Source of the DNA: an uncultured virus (IMG/VR IMGVR_UViG_3300025467_000014)
Lineage: Duplodnaviria > Heunggongvirae > Uroviricota > Caudoviricetes
Virus record (IMG/VR): IMGVR_UViG_3300025467_000014
Span: 1 to 64,000 of that record
Reading direction: 5' to 3' (one strand)
DNA: 64,000 nucleotides
This document shows positions 45,533-52,123 of this stretch, piece after piece; within the stretch, counting starts at the first letter, position 1; every line of letters begins with the position of its first letter. The translations under genes were made by a program, and so were the position numbers. The notes beneath the pieces were generated by a model that was not told the origin of the DNA, searched no databases, and worked only from the letters and a program-made list of their open reading frames with translations.

Positions 45533-45913
45533 ATGACAAACATGATTGATTCCATTATTAACTATACCCTTCGTTCAAAGTATAATACTCTGAATAAGAT
45601 CGGTAATACTCTTTATGTTAACAGGCAGATGATTATTAATAGGGAGAAATTTGTTACTGAGAGTATTGTCGGTAGTGATACAATGAGAGATATTCTTATG
45701 GAGATGAAGCTTCTTCTCAATGGTCGATATGCTGGTAATAAGGATTATCTCTTTGAGCGTATGGAATATCTTATTACGTGTGGTTTTAAGTTACAGCCAA
45801 AACCTACATTTATTGTTAATAAAAAGAAAGTATCAGAACTCCGTAAGCCAAAGAAACAACTCCGTTGTAAGAAGAGCGGTAAGTTTATTGCTAAGGCTAA
45901 GAATAAGAAGTAA
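45533..45913 (+). CDS. hypothetical basic protein
   Basis: Sigma70-like promoter upstream; Lys-rich C-terminus. Confidence 0.7.
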   Translation: MTNMIDSIINYTLRSKYNTLNKIGNTLYVNRQMIINREKFVTESIVGSDTMRDILMEMKLLLNGRYAGNKDYLFERMEYLITCGFKLQPKPTFIVNKKKVSELRKPKKQLRCKKSGKFIAKAKNKK

Positions 45914-45940
45914 TATAAACTAGCATACATAAATACTTGT

Positions 45941-46195
45941 ATGCTTAGCTTTAAAGACTTTCATAAAAAAACTCCTACTCAATTTCGAGTAGGAGACAGG
46001 GTACGCAACTGTAATCCAGAATGTGAGCACTATGGTAGTACAGGACTTATAACTAAAATTTTAGATTTAGTTGATAAGAAAATTCCAGGTAATGTTGTCG
46101 GTAAAGCCGTTAAATATAAGTGTGATTGTTGCGGTAATAACTGGAATGAAGGTGATGAGTTAGAAAAAACAATTGATCAAGTAGAAAAAATCTAA
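45941..46195 (+). CDS. small protein with SH3/KOW-like fold
   Basis: FRVGDRVRN.NP.C.HYGS.G.I motif. Confidence 0.65.
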   Translation: MLSFKDFHKKTPTQFRVGDRVRNCNPECEHYGSTGLITKILDLVDKKIPGNVVGKAVKYKCDCCGNNWNEGDELEKTIDQVEKI

Positions 46196-46217
46196 ATCTT
46201 TAATAAGATATACTAAT

Positions 46218-46439
46218 ATGACTATAGATGAATTAAAAAAGGACTTGAGATTACTTGCTCAGGCTCAGGATGCTTTTACAGAAGAGGGTTGGGTTCGTGT
46301 TGAATCAATACAAAAAGAAAGTAAAAGTAATTCTACAGCATATGGTACTGTTTACATGAAGGATGATAAAAAGTTTTATTTAAATCTCACAACAGCTGTT
46401 AAAGCCTTACAACTCCTTAATCAAAATTATATTCCATAA
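46218..46439 (+). CDS. hypothetical protein
   Basis: 73-aa ORF. Confidence 0.6.
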   Translation: MTIDELKKDLRLLAQAQDAFTEEGWVRVESIQKESKSNSTAYGTVYMKDDKKFYLNLTTAVKALQLLNQNYIP

Positions 46440-46474
46440 ATTTGATTAAATATCTATAGAAAGATTGCAATTTT

Positions 46475-46660
46475 ATGATGAAGTCATTTGATATAGATTT
46501 TAAGGGTATTAGTTATAAAATTGATGTTGTTGAAGAAGACGATGATGTAGAAATTTTTGTAGAACGTGATAAAGATGAAGAAGATATCCCCGATAATGAA
46601 CTTCTAGCTATTGTAGAATATCTTGTTCATGAAGGGTTTGTAAAACCACCAGCGGAATAA
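46475..46660 (+). CDS. small acidic protein
   Basis: Asp/Glu-rich; YLVHEGF motif shared with 50008..50220. Confidence 0.6.
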   Translation: MMKSFDIDFKGISYKIDVVEEDDDVEIFVERDKDEEDIPDNELLAIVEYLVHEGFVKPPAE

Positions 46661-46692
46661 AAAAAGCTCTATCTAATTAAAGATAGAGCCTT
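46660..46692. terminator. terminator hairpin between convergent genes
   Basis: GCTCTATCT/AGATAGAGC stem with an A-tract on the left (T-tract for the minus strand). Confidence 0.65.
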
Positions 46693-46711
46693 CCTTTAGC
46701 ACCAACAAATT

Positions 46712-46900
46712 TTACTTAGCTTCTTTTCTAGCAGTCTTTTCTTCTTGAATAGATTTACGCTCAGTACGTGCAAACTTAATAAGCTCTTGAAGAGCCTTGC
46801 GTGCACGAGTCCCGGCGGAATTATTACCACTTCTAAACTTTGTGACCTCTGTTACAAATGTTTCTGTTATTGTTTTGAATGTTTCGATTGAGTCTGACAT
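46712..46900 (-). CDS. histone H1-like Hc1 family protein
   Basis: KF.SGN.SAGTRARKALQEL...RK.IQE signature. Confidence 0.8.
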   Translation of the reverse strand: MSDSIETFKTITETFVTEVTKFRSGNNSAGTRARKALQELIKFARTERKSIQEEKTARKEAK

Positions 46901-46936
46901 ATAAGGATTTATATTAATGATATATTAATGCAACTC

Positions 46937-47218
46937 CTAGTGACGGTGATCGAGTTCTTTTGCCTTATCATCCTCACGTTCACGTTCAGCAAGTCTCTCT
47001 ACAGAACCATCGATAAACGCTCTCCATGCAATTAAAGCTTGTACAAAGAAGTTTAAAAATATTGTGATCCAGCGAATAGGTGTAATATCACTCCAATGAT
47101 CATGAGAACATGTATAATGGGAGAGATCACTTAGAAGAGAAGAAAATGATGCAATAGAAATATATAAAAATAATTTTGCAGGTACACCGGAAATATATGG
47201 GTATTCTTTAAGTTTCAT
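46937..47218 (-). CDS. two-TM membrane protein
   Basis: Two hydrophobic segments and a charged C-terminus. Confidence 0.6.
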   Translation of the reverse strand: MKLKEYPYISGVPAKLFLYISIASFSSLLSDLSHYTCSHDHWSDITPIRWITIFLNFFVQALIAWRAFIDGSVERLAEREREDDKAKELDHRH

Positions 47219-47244
47219 TTATAATATTTATAAATATTTAATAT

Positions 47245-47730
47245 ATGAATAACGACCAACACTTAATTGCTGAAGCTTATAAGCGTGTTTATCTTGAATC
47301 CGATAATGATTACATTAGTGATGAATTACGTGCTGGTGCTTTAGAGCATGAAGATAAGGAAGCAGCTCAAGCTGATATCAAGAAATACGATGCAAGTCAA
47401 TTAGGTAAAGATATACTCTGGCAAAAATTCTTAAGTGTACCAAAACAAATAGGAAGAAGCAAAGCAGCAATAGAAAAACATAAGCTTGATTATGATATTT
47501 ATAGAGTTGTAACCCGTGCTTACCTTGACGCAGTTGATGCAACTAAACATAGAGAAGAAGGATCGTATGATCCGAATATAGTTAATGAATATTTCGATAA
47601 GGCACTTAGCGAAATTAAAAAATATTATATTACTACCCCAGAACAGGATGCAAAATTAAAGGATGCTTGGCTTCATTGGTATGGTTCAGAAAAAGCACGT
47701 AGAGAATCTTTTTTTCCAAAACGTAAGTAA
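47245..47730 (+). CDS. hypothetical late protein (MNNDQHLIAEAY N-terminus)
   Basis: TAAATA upstream; LIAEAY...LE leader. Confidence 0.7.
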   Translation: MNNDQHLIAEAYKRVYLESDNDYISDELRAGALEHEDKEAAQADIKKYDASQLGKDILWQKFLSVPKQIGRSKAAIEKHKLDYDIYRVVTRAYLDAVDATKHREEGSYDPNIVNEYFDKALSEIKKYYITTPEQDAKLKDAWLHWYGSEKARRESFFPKRK

Positions 47731-47732
47731 TC

Positions 47733-47915
47733 ATGCATTCAGTAATTCCAAGAAAAGGAGAGGATATTGATCGTACTCTCAAAAGATTAAAAAATAAAAT
47801 GGATGTTGATTATATTTTGGATACAGTTAGAGCTAAAAGATACTTTGAAACACCAAAACAAAAATATAAGCGTAAACAGAAAGCACTAGATAAAAGGATT
47901 AAGTTTAGTAGATAA
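47733..47915 (+). CDS. rpsU: ribosomal protein bS21 homolog
   Basis: RKGEDIDRTLKRLK.K...IL..VR.KRYFETP...KRK pattern; 60 aa, basic. Confidence 0.85.
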   Translation: MHSVIPRKGEDIDRTLKRLKNKMDVDYILDTVRAKRYFETPKQKYKRKQKALDKRIKFSR

Positions 47916-47923
47916 ATAATTTA

Positions 47924-48688
47924 ATGCTATCGTTTAAACAATATATTTCTGAACGTACCTATAGACTATCAGGTATTGAGCAACAGAGTGTAAACGATAT
48001 TGTAGATTTCTATATGAATCTCTTTGATCCAAAGAGATTAAAAATGCCAATGGTTAAAATTATTAGCCTTGGACCTGAAAGAGTATATAAAGATTATATT
48101 AACAAGAAAGGATTTGTTACTATAGGGATTGTTAAGTTTCATGATGATGAGGATGATGAAGATAAAGAGATTCCTGTTTATGTAGGATTTGATAAAAATT
48201 CAGCAGATAAGGGTACATATATCTATGATGCTGAAACTAATGAAGAGTATATTGTATTACATTATTATAAGATAAAACACGATAGAGCATTTGTCAAAGA
48301 TGCTTTAGTTCATGAACTCTATCATGCTAAACAACCATATAAGATTATTGGAAAACATTACGGTAGAAGTACGTTAGATTATTATACTGATCCTGTTGAG
48401 CTTAATAATTATATTACAAATGTACTTGATGCTATTCAAGAGGATTACTCAGAAGCTGAAACCTCAGAAGAACGACAAGAGATATTAAATGAACTAGAGG
48501 AATTTGCTCGCGGAGGCAGATTACCAAATAATACACTAGGTAATAAAATTAAGAAAATAGGTAAACATGAATTTGTTGAAACTCTTTTTAATAATAAAGA
48601 CAATCCAAAAATTACTAAAGCATATCACAAATTTATTAATAAACTTCACTGGCTATATTCAAATCTAAAAGATTACGAAAACAGATAA
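47924..48688 (+). CDS. zincin-like (HExxH) protein
   Basis: LVHELYHAKQ...YYTDPVE motifs. Confidence 0.6.
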   Translation: MLSFKQYISERTYRLSGIEQQSVNDIVDFYMNLFDPKRLKMPMVKIISLGPERVYKDYINKKGFVTIGIVKFHDDEDDEDKEIPVYVGFDKNSADKGTYIYDAETNEEYIVLHYYKIKHDRAFVKDALVHELYHAKQPYKIIGKHYGRSTLDYYTDPVELNNYITNVLDAIQEDYSEAETSEERQEILNELEEFARGGRLPNNTLGNKIKKIGKHEFVETLFNNKDNPKITKAYHKFINKLHWLYSNLKDYENR

Positions 48689-48930
48689 TGGAAACAATAA
48701 AAAAGATAGTTGATATCTATAAGAATCTAGACTGGATACAGGATAGAATGGATGAGTTATCTGAGAAGATTAATGACTATATCTTTATGAGTGGATGTGA
48801 TATAAATTTAACAAAGCCTAATATTAAGAAGCTTAAAGAGTTTAATAGAGAGTGTGACGAACTTAAAGCGCGTCATGACCTAGAGATGAAGGAGTTAAAA
48901 AATTTACTTGACTCAGCTGAAGAAGAATAA
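48688..48930 (+). CDS. hypothetical coiled-coil protein
   Basis: Start overlaps the previous stop. Confidence 0.65.
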   Translation: METIKKIVDIYKNLDWIQDRMDELSEKINDYIFMSGCDINLTKPNIKKLKEFNRECDELKARHDLEMKELKNLLDSAEEE

Positions 48931-48942
48931 TATCATAAACAT

Positions 48943-49059
48943 ATGATTAGATTTAACCCAATTAAAATCTTCTTACAAAACATCTGGAATAGTTGGGTAA
49001 TAAGTTTTTTCTTTTTTCTCTTGCTTATTGGTGAGATATTGTATATTATGTCTTGGTAA
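48943..49059 (+). CDS. 38-aa membrane peptide, not in the ORF track
   Basis: Hydrophobic ORF whose stop overlaps the next ATG. Confidence 0.4.
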   Translation: MIRFNPIKIFLQNIWNSWVISFFFFLLLIGEILYIMSW

Positions 49060-49220
49060 TGAATGATGATTTTAAACCCTGGCCTGTTGAAGAGCTCTAC
49101 AGTCTAAGAGAAGAAAATATTCGTCTTAAAGAATTGCTTCAAATAGCTCAAAACGATCTCATTGAATGTACTCGTCAACGAGATGAATATAAGGAACAAC
49201 TCGATCATCTAGATAGATAA
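49059..49220 (+). CDS. 53-aa coiled-coil peptide, not in the ORF track
   Basis: LREENIRLKELL...RQRDEYKEQL heptad pattern. Confidence 0.5.
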   Translation: MNDDFKPWPVEELYSLREENIRLKELLQIAQNDLIECTRQRDEYKEQLDHLDR

Positions 49221-49274
49221 TTTTAACGGAGGGTTAATGTAATTGGAAGCAAGATAAAATTTATTAGAATTAAA

Positions 49275-49367
49275 CCGCCTATAGTTTAATGGTAGAACCC
49301 TTGTTTTATACACAAGAAGCTGGGAGACTCTGGCGCAGTGCAGGTTCGAATCCTGCTAGGCGGACCA
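49275..49367 (+). tRNA. trnI: tRNA-Ile(TAT) with long variable arm
   Basis: CCGCCTA/TAGGCGG acceptor, CTTGT-TTTATAC-ACAAG anticodon arm, 23-nt variable region, A73-CCA. Confidence 0.85.
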
Positions 49368-49374
49368 TTCTAAA

Positions 49375-49426
49375 AACTTCTGAAGTTCAAGCATAACCTT
49401 ACCAGGTTCGAATCCTGGTAGGCCCA
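49375..49426 (+). pseudogene. 3' tRNA fragment (T-arm and acceptor strand, possible CTG loop)
   Basis: CCAGG-TTCGAAT-CCTGG-TAGGCCC-A with no matching 5' half. Confidence 0.5.
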
Positions 49427-49435
49427 CTACTTTAA

Positions 49436-49759
49436 ATGAAACAATACATTCTAAACGACGTATCTGATAAAGCTAAAGATCTCGAACGTTCTCTTAAGAG
49501 AATGCATCGAGTTATCGAACGCGCTCAGAAGAAAGTATCACGAACTGGTAAGGATAAATCTCTTCTTAAAGCAGCTTGTGAACTAGGGTTTATTGTTAAT
49601 GCTAATCCTATTACCCGTGATGGAAAACGATATGTTAATCCTATGACATCTGGAGATAAACTATTCCTAGAAGAGATGGGAACGTTTAAGTATGTAGAGT
49701 TTAAACAAAATGAATTTCTTAATTGCAAAGGTGAACCAGTTCATTTAAAATGGTATTAA
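49436..49759 (+). CDS. hypothetical protein
   Basis: 107-aa ORF between tRNAs. Confidence 0.7.
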   Translation: MKQYILNDVSDKAKDLERSLKRMHRVIERAQKKVSRTGKDKSLLKAACELGFIVNANPITRDGKRYVNPMTSGDKLFLEEMGTFKYVEFKQNEFLNCKGEPVHLKWY

Positions 49760-49766
49760 TAATTAT

Positions 49767-49842
49767 GCTCCAGTAGTCCAACGGCAGAGACAAGGGACTT
49801 AAAATCCCTCAAGTATCGGTTCGAATCCGATCTGGAGTACCA
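49767..49842 (+). tRNA. trnL: tRNA-Leu(TAA) with short variable loop
   Basis: AGGGA-CTTAAAA-TCCCT anticodon arm; 5-nt variable loop; A73-CCA. Confidence 0.88.
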
Positions 49843-49847
49843 TTTTT

Positions 49848-50027
49848 ATGAAACTAGAACAACAACCAACTCTAATTCAGACTCTCAAAATGAAGCTTGT
49901 ATTTAGCTTTTCTATAGTTATACTCATAGTATCAGCAAGTCTTATCTTTAGTAATCCTATTAAGAATTTTATTCGATCCTATCGACCTCTACCTACTACA
50001 GAACTTCATGGAAAATCCAGACTTTAA
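49848..50027 (+). CDS. 59-aa single-TM protein, not in the ORF track
   Basis: ATG after tRNA-Leu; hydrophobic core. Confidence 0.45.
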   Translation: MKLEQQPTLIQTLKMKLVFSFSIVILIVSASLIFSNPIKNFIRSYRPLPTTELHGKSRL

Positions 50028-50220
50028 TTACGTATTACAGATTGAGTATAAAGGACAGAAGTTTGTCTGTGAGGTGGAGGGTACAAAGGTAGCTATTATC
50101 TCTAAAGGATGGCCATCAGATAGATTGTTTGAATCTCTTCGTTATTATCTAGAGGAGGAAGGTTTTATACCTGCTCTAGATGATAGTAAAGGGATCTTAA
50201 GTATGTTTAAAGATCTTTAA
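50008..50220 (+). CDS. hypothetical protein
   Basis: YYLEEEGF motif shared with 46475..46660. Confidence 0.6.
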   Translation: MENPDFNYVLQIEYKGQKFVCEVEGTKVAIISKGWPSDRLFESLRYYLEEEGFIPALDDSKGILSMFKDL

Positions 50221-50225
50221 TTTAC

Positions 50226-50300
50226 GCGTCGTTCGTTCAACGGATAGGACAGGGCTCTTCTAAAGCCTTAATGGTAGTTCGATTCTACCACGACGCACCA
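50226..50300 (+). tRNA. trnR: tRNA-Arg(TCT)
   Basis: GGGCT-CTTCTAA-AGCCT anticodon arm; CCA encoded. Confidence 0.92.
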
Positions 50301-50302
50301 TT

Positions 50303-50761
50303 TTAAACTGAACCTGTATTTCTCTTTTTTATTTCTTGTACTAATTCAGCTAAGATTTCCTTTAATTCTTCGTGATCAGATTTTAATTTCTTGTGATCCT
50401 TAAGTGCACGTTTATCGAGCTTAATATCTTCGTGAAGCTCAGTAAGTATCGTTTTTAAATCAGCTATTATAATATGATCCTCTTCATCTATCTTTAAATC
50501 CTTAAGCATATGCTCTCTATCACGTTCTGATTGTCTATTGGAGGACATAAGGATAAGGGGTGTAGCATATGCAGCTTCAAAAGAGAGAAAAAGATTAAGA
50601 AGAATAAATGGATAAGGATCAAATTTTGTCCAATTCATAATATTTACAAATATCCAAATTGTTAATAAAGTAGATTGAATAATAATAAATGTCCAAGAAC
50701 CAATGAACGATGCAATTATATCTGCAAGTCTAATACCTATACTTTTATTATCGTTTACCAT
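50303..50761 (-). CDS. DUF1003 family membrane protein
   Basis: GSWTFII, FDPYPFILLNLFLS..AAYA.PLILMS.NRQ signature. Confidence 0.88.
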   Translation of the reverse strand: MVNDNKSIGIRLADIIASFIGSWTFIIIQSTLLTIWIFVNIMNWTKFDPYPFILLNLFLSFEAAYATPLILMSSNRQSERDREHMLKDLKIDEEDHIIIADLKTILTELHEDIKLDKRALKDHKKLKSDHEELKEILAELVQEIKKRNTGSV

Positions 50762-50818
50762 AAAGATATTTAATTTTATACTTGCTCTATACTGAATAGC
50801 CTATATATTAACAATATT

Positions 50819-50894
50819 GCACGAGTAGCTCAGTGGTAGTAGCGCTTCGCTTACACCGAAGATGTCGGGGGTTCAAATCCCTCCTCGTGTACCA
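50819..50894 (+). tRNA. trnV: tRNA-Val(TAC)
   Basis: CTTCG-CTTACAC-CGAAG anticodon arm; CCA encoded. Confidence 0.92.
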
Positions 50895-50899
50895 TTTTC

Positions 50900-50973
50900 A
50901 GGCTTATAGCTCAGCTGGTTAGAGCGCATTCTTGATAAGGATGATGTCGCAGGTTCGAATCCTGCTAAGCCTA
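50900..50973 (+). tRNA. trnI: tRNA-Ile(GAT)
   Basis: CATTC-TTGATAA-GGATG anticodon arm. Confidence 0.92.
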
Positions 50974-50986
50974 AATTATAATTTAA

Positions 50987-51060
50987 CGGGATGTAGCTCA
51001 GCTTGGTAGAGCGCTTGGTTTGGGACCAAGAAGTCGCAGGTTCGAATCCTGTCATCCCGA
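50987..51060 (+). tRNA. trnP: tRNA-Pro(TGG)
   Basis: CTTGG-TTTGGGA-CCAAG anticodon arm; CGGGATG/CATCCCG acceptor. Confidence 0.93.
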
Positions 51061-51065
51061 GAAAA

Positions 51066-51141
51066 GGAGTTGTAGCTTAATGGTTAAAGCACTAGACTGT
51101 CACTTTAGTGAGTGCGGGTTCGAGTCCCGTCAACTCCGCCA
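51066..51141 (+). tRNA. trnD: tRNA-Asp(GTC)
   Basis: CTAGA-CTGTCAC-TTTAG anticodon arm; G73-CCA. Confidence 0.92.
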
Positions 51142-51186
51142 ATTTTTCACTTGCCGTTTTCTTAAATGCCTATATTATTAAAAAAT

Positions 51187-51423
51187 ATGAATAAGACATC
51201 ACTAATTACAATTCTAGCAATCCTTGCCCTTTCTACTGGGTGTGTTAACTGTGTTAATCAATCAATTCATGGAAACGGTAAAGCTGTTGTTATTAAAGCA
51301 GATTCAAAAGCTGTTGTTATACCAAATAAGCAACCATTAAAGAAGACCGCTGCTGACACTGAAGATTATATTCTTGTATCAAAAACAACTGAGGTTGTAT
51401 CTTCAACACCTATTCTTTTTTAA
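51187..51423 (+). CDS. small lipoprotein
   Basis: MNKTSLITILAILALSTG-C signal peptide and lipobox. Confidence 0.6.
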   Translation: MNKTSLITILAILALSTGCVNCVNQSIHGNGKAVVIKADSKAVVIPNKQPLKKTAADTEDYILVSKTTEVVSSTPILF

Positions 51424-51425
51424 TA

Positions 51426-51572
51426 ATGCCTAAGACTAAAGTTATTACCGGTAGTAAGCGTCGGTATGAGACTGCAGCTTTTCTTCGTCGTCAGCTTAAT
51501 GCAGGTCTTCCTAAGAGCTGTAAAACAAAGTATCGAGCTCAGCGTTCGGATGCTGGTAAGAAGCGAAAATAA
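51426..51572 (+). CDS. 48-aa basic protein (MPKTKVITG...RSDAGKKRK), not in the ORF track
   Basis: Abuts both neighbours; RSDxGKxR basic motif. Confidence 0.6.
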   Translation: MPKTKVITGSKRRYETAAFLRRQLNAGLPKSCKTKYRAQRSDAGKKRK

Positions 51573-51805
51573 TGTCATACGTAATTGAACGATGGTCGGG
51601 TAAGGCTTGGTATGCTTCAATGTGTTCTCCTTATAAGACAATGGGAGAGGTTAATAAATACCTTAAAGAGTATTGGTGGCATTATACTAATGAATATCCT
51701 TATCGTATTAAAGATTACAAACCTAAAAAGAAAGTTCAAACATATTCACCAAAATACAATTTTCAAGACTGGAATTCCGATAAAGGAATGATGGTAAAGT
51801 TATAA
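51572..51805 (+). CDS. hypothetical protein
   Basis: Start overlaps the previous stop. Confidence 0.6.
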   Translation: MSYVIERWSGKAWYASMCSPYKTMGEVNKYLKEYWWHYTNEYPYRIKDYKPKKKVQTYSPKYNFQDWNSDKGMMVKL

Positions 51806-51806
51806 T

Positions 51807-52079
51807 ATGGCAACTATAAGAATACCAGTACCTTTAAGAAAACTCGTTGGAGGTAGTGAAGAGATTAACACATTTGGTACAGATATTGATGAATGCTTAA
51901 AACTTCTTTGTTTATCATATCCTGAGATAAAAGAAAGAATTTTTGATGCTGATGGTATTGTGCGTAGATTTATTAATATCTATAAGAATGATGAAGATGT
52001 TCGTTTTCTCCAACAAGGAAAAACAATTATTCAGGAGAATGATATTATTTCTATAGTACCAGCAATTGCTGGAGGTTAA
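51807..52079 (+). CDS. MoaD/ThiS/CysO-family ubiquitin-like sulfur carrier
   Basis: IRIP.PLR, RRFINIY.NDEDVRF and ISIVPAIAGG with C-terminal di-Gly. Confidence 0.9.
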   Translation: MATIRIPVPLRKLVGGSEEINTFGTDIDECLKLLCLSYPEIKERIFDADGIVRRFINIYKNDEDVRFLQQGKTIIQENDIISIVPAIAGG

Positions 52080-52123
52080 TAATACCATACTGGAGACTAT
52101 AGCCATAAATATGGTTATAGTAT

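Noticed and set aside
49228..49426. One split or intron-containing tRNA wrapped around tRNA-Ile(TAT)
   Set aside because: The 5' strand GGAGGGT and the 3' strand TAGGCCC pair at only two of seven positions
20955..51145. Theta (HDV-like) ribozymes in tRNA 3' trailers
   Set aside because: Sequences immediately after the tRNAs are AT-rich runs or the next gene; no nested double pseudoknot starting at a tRNA 3' end was seen
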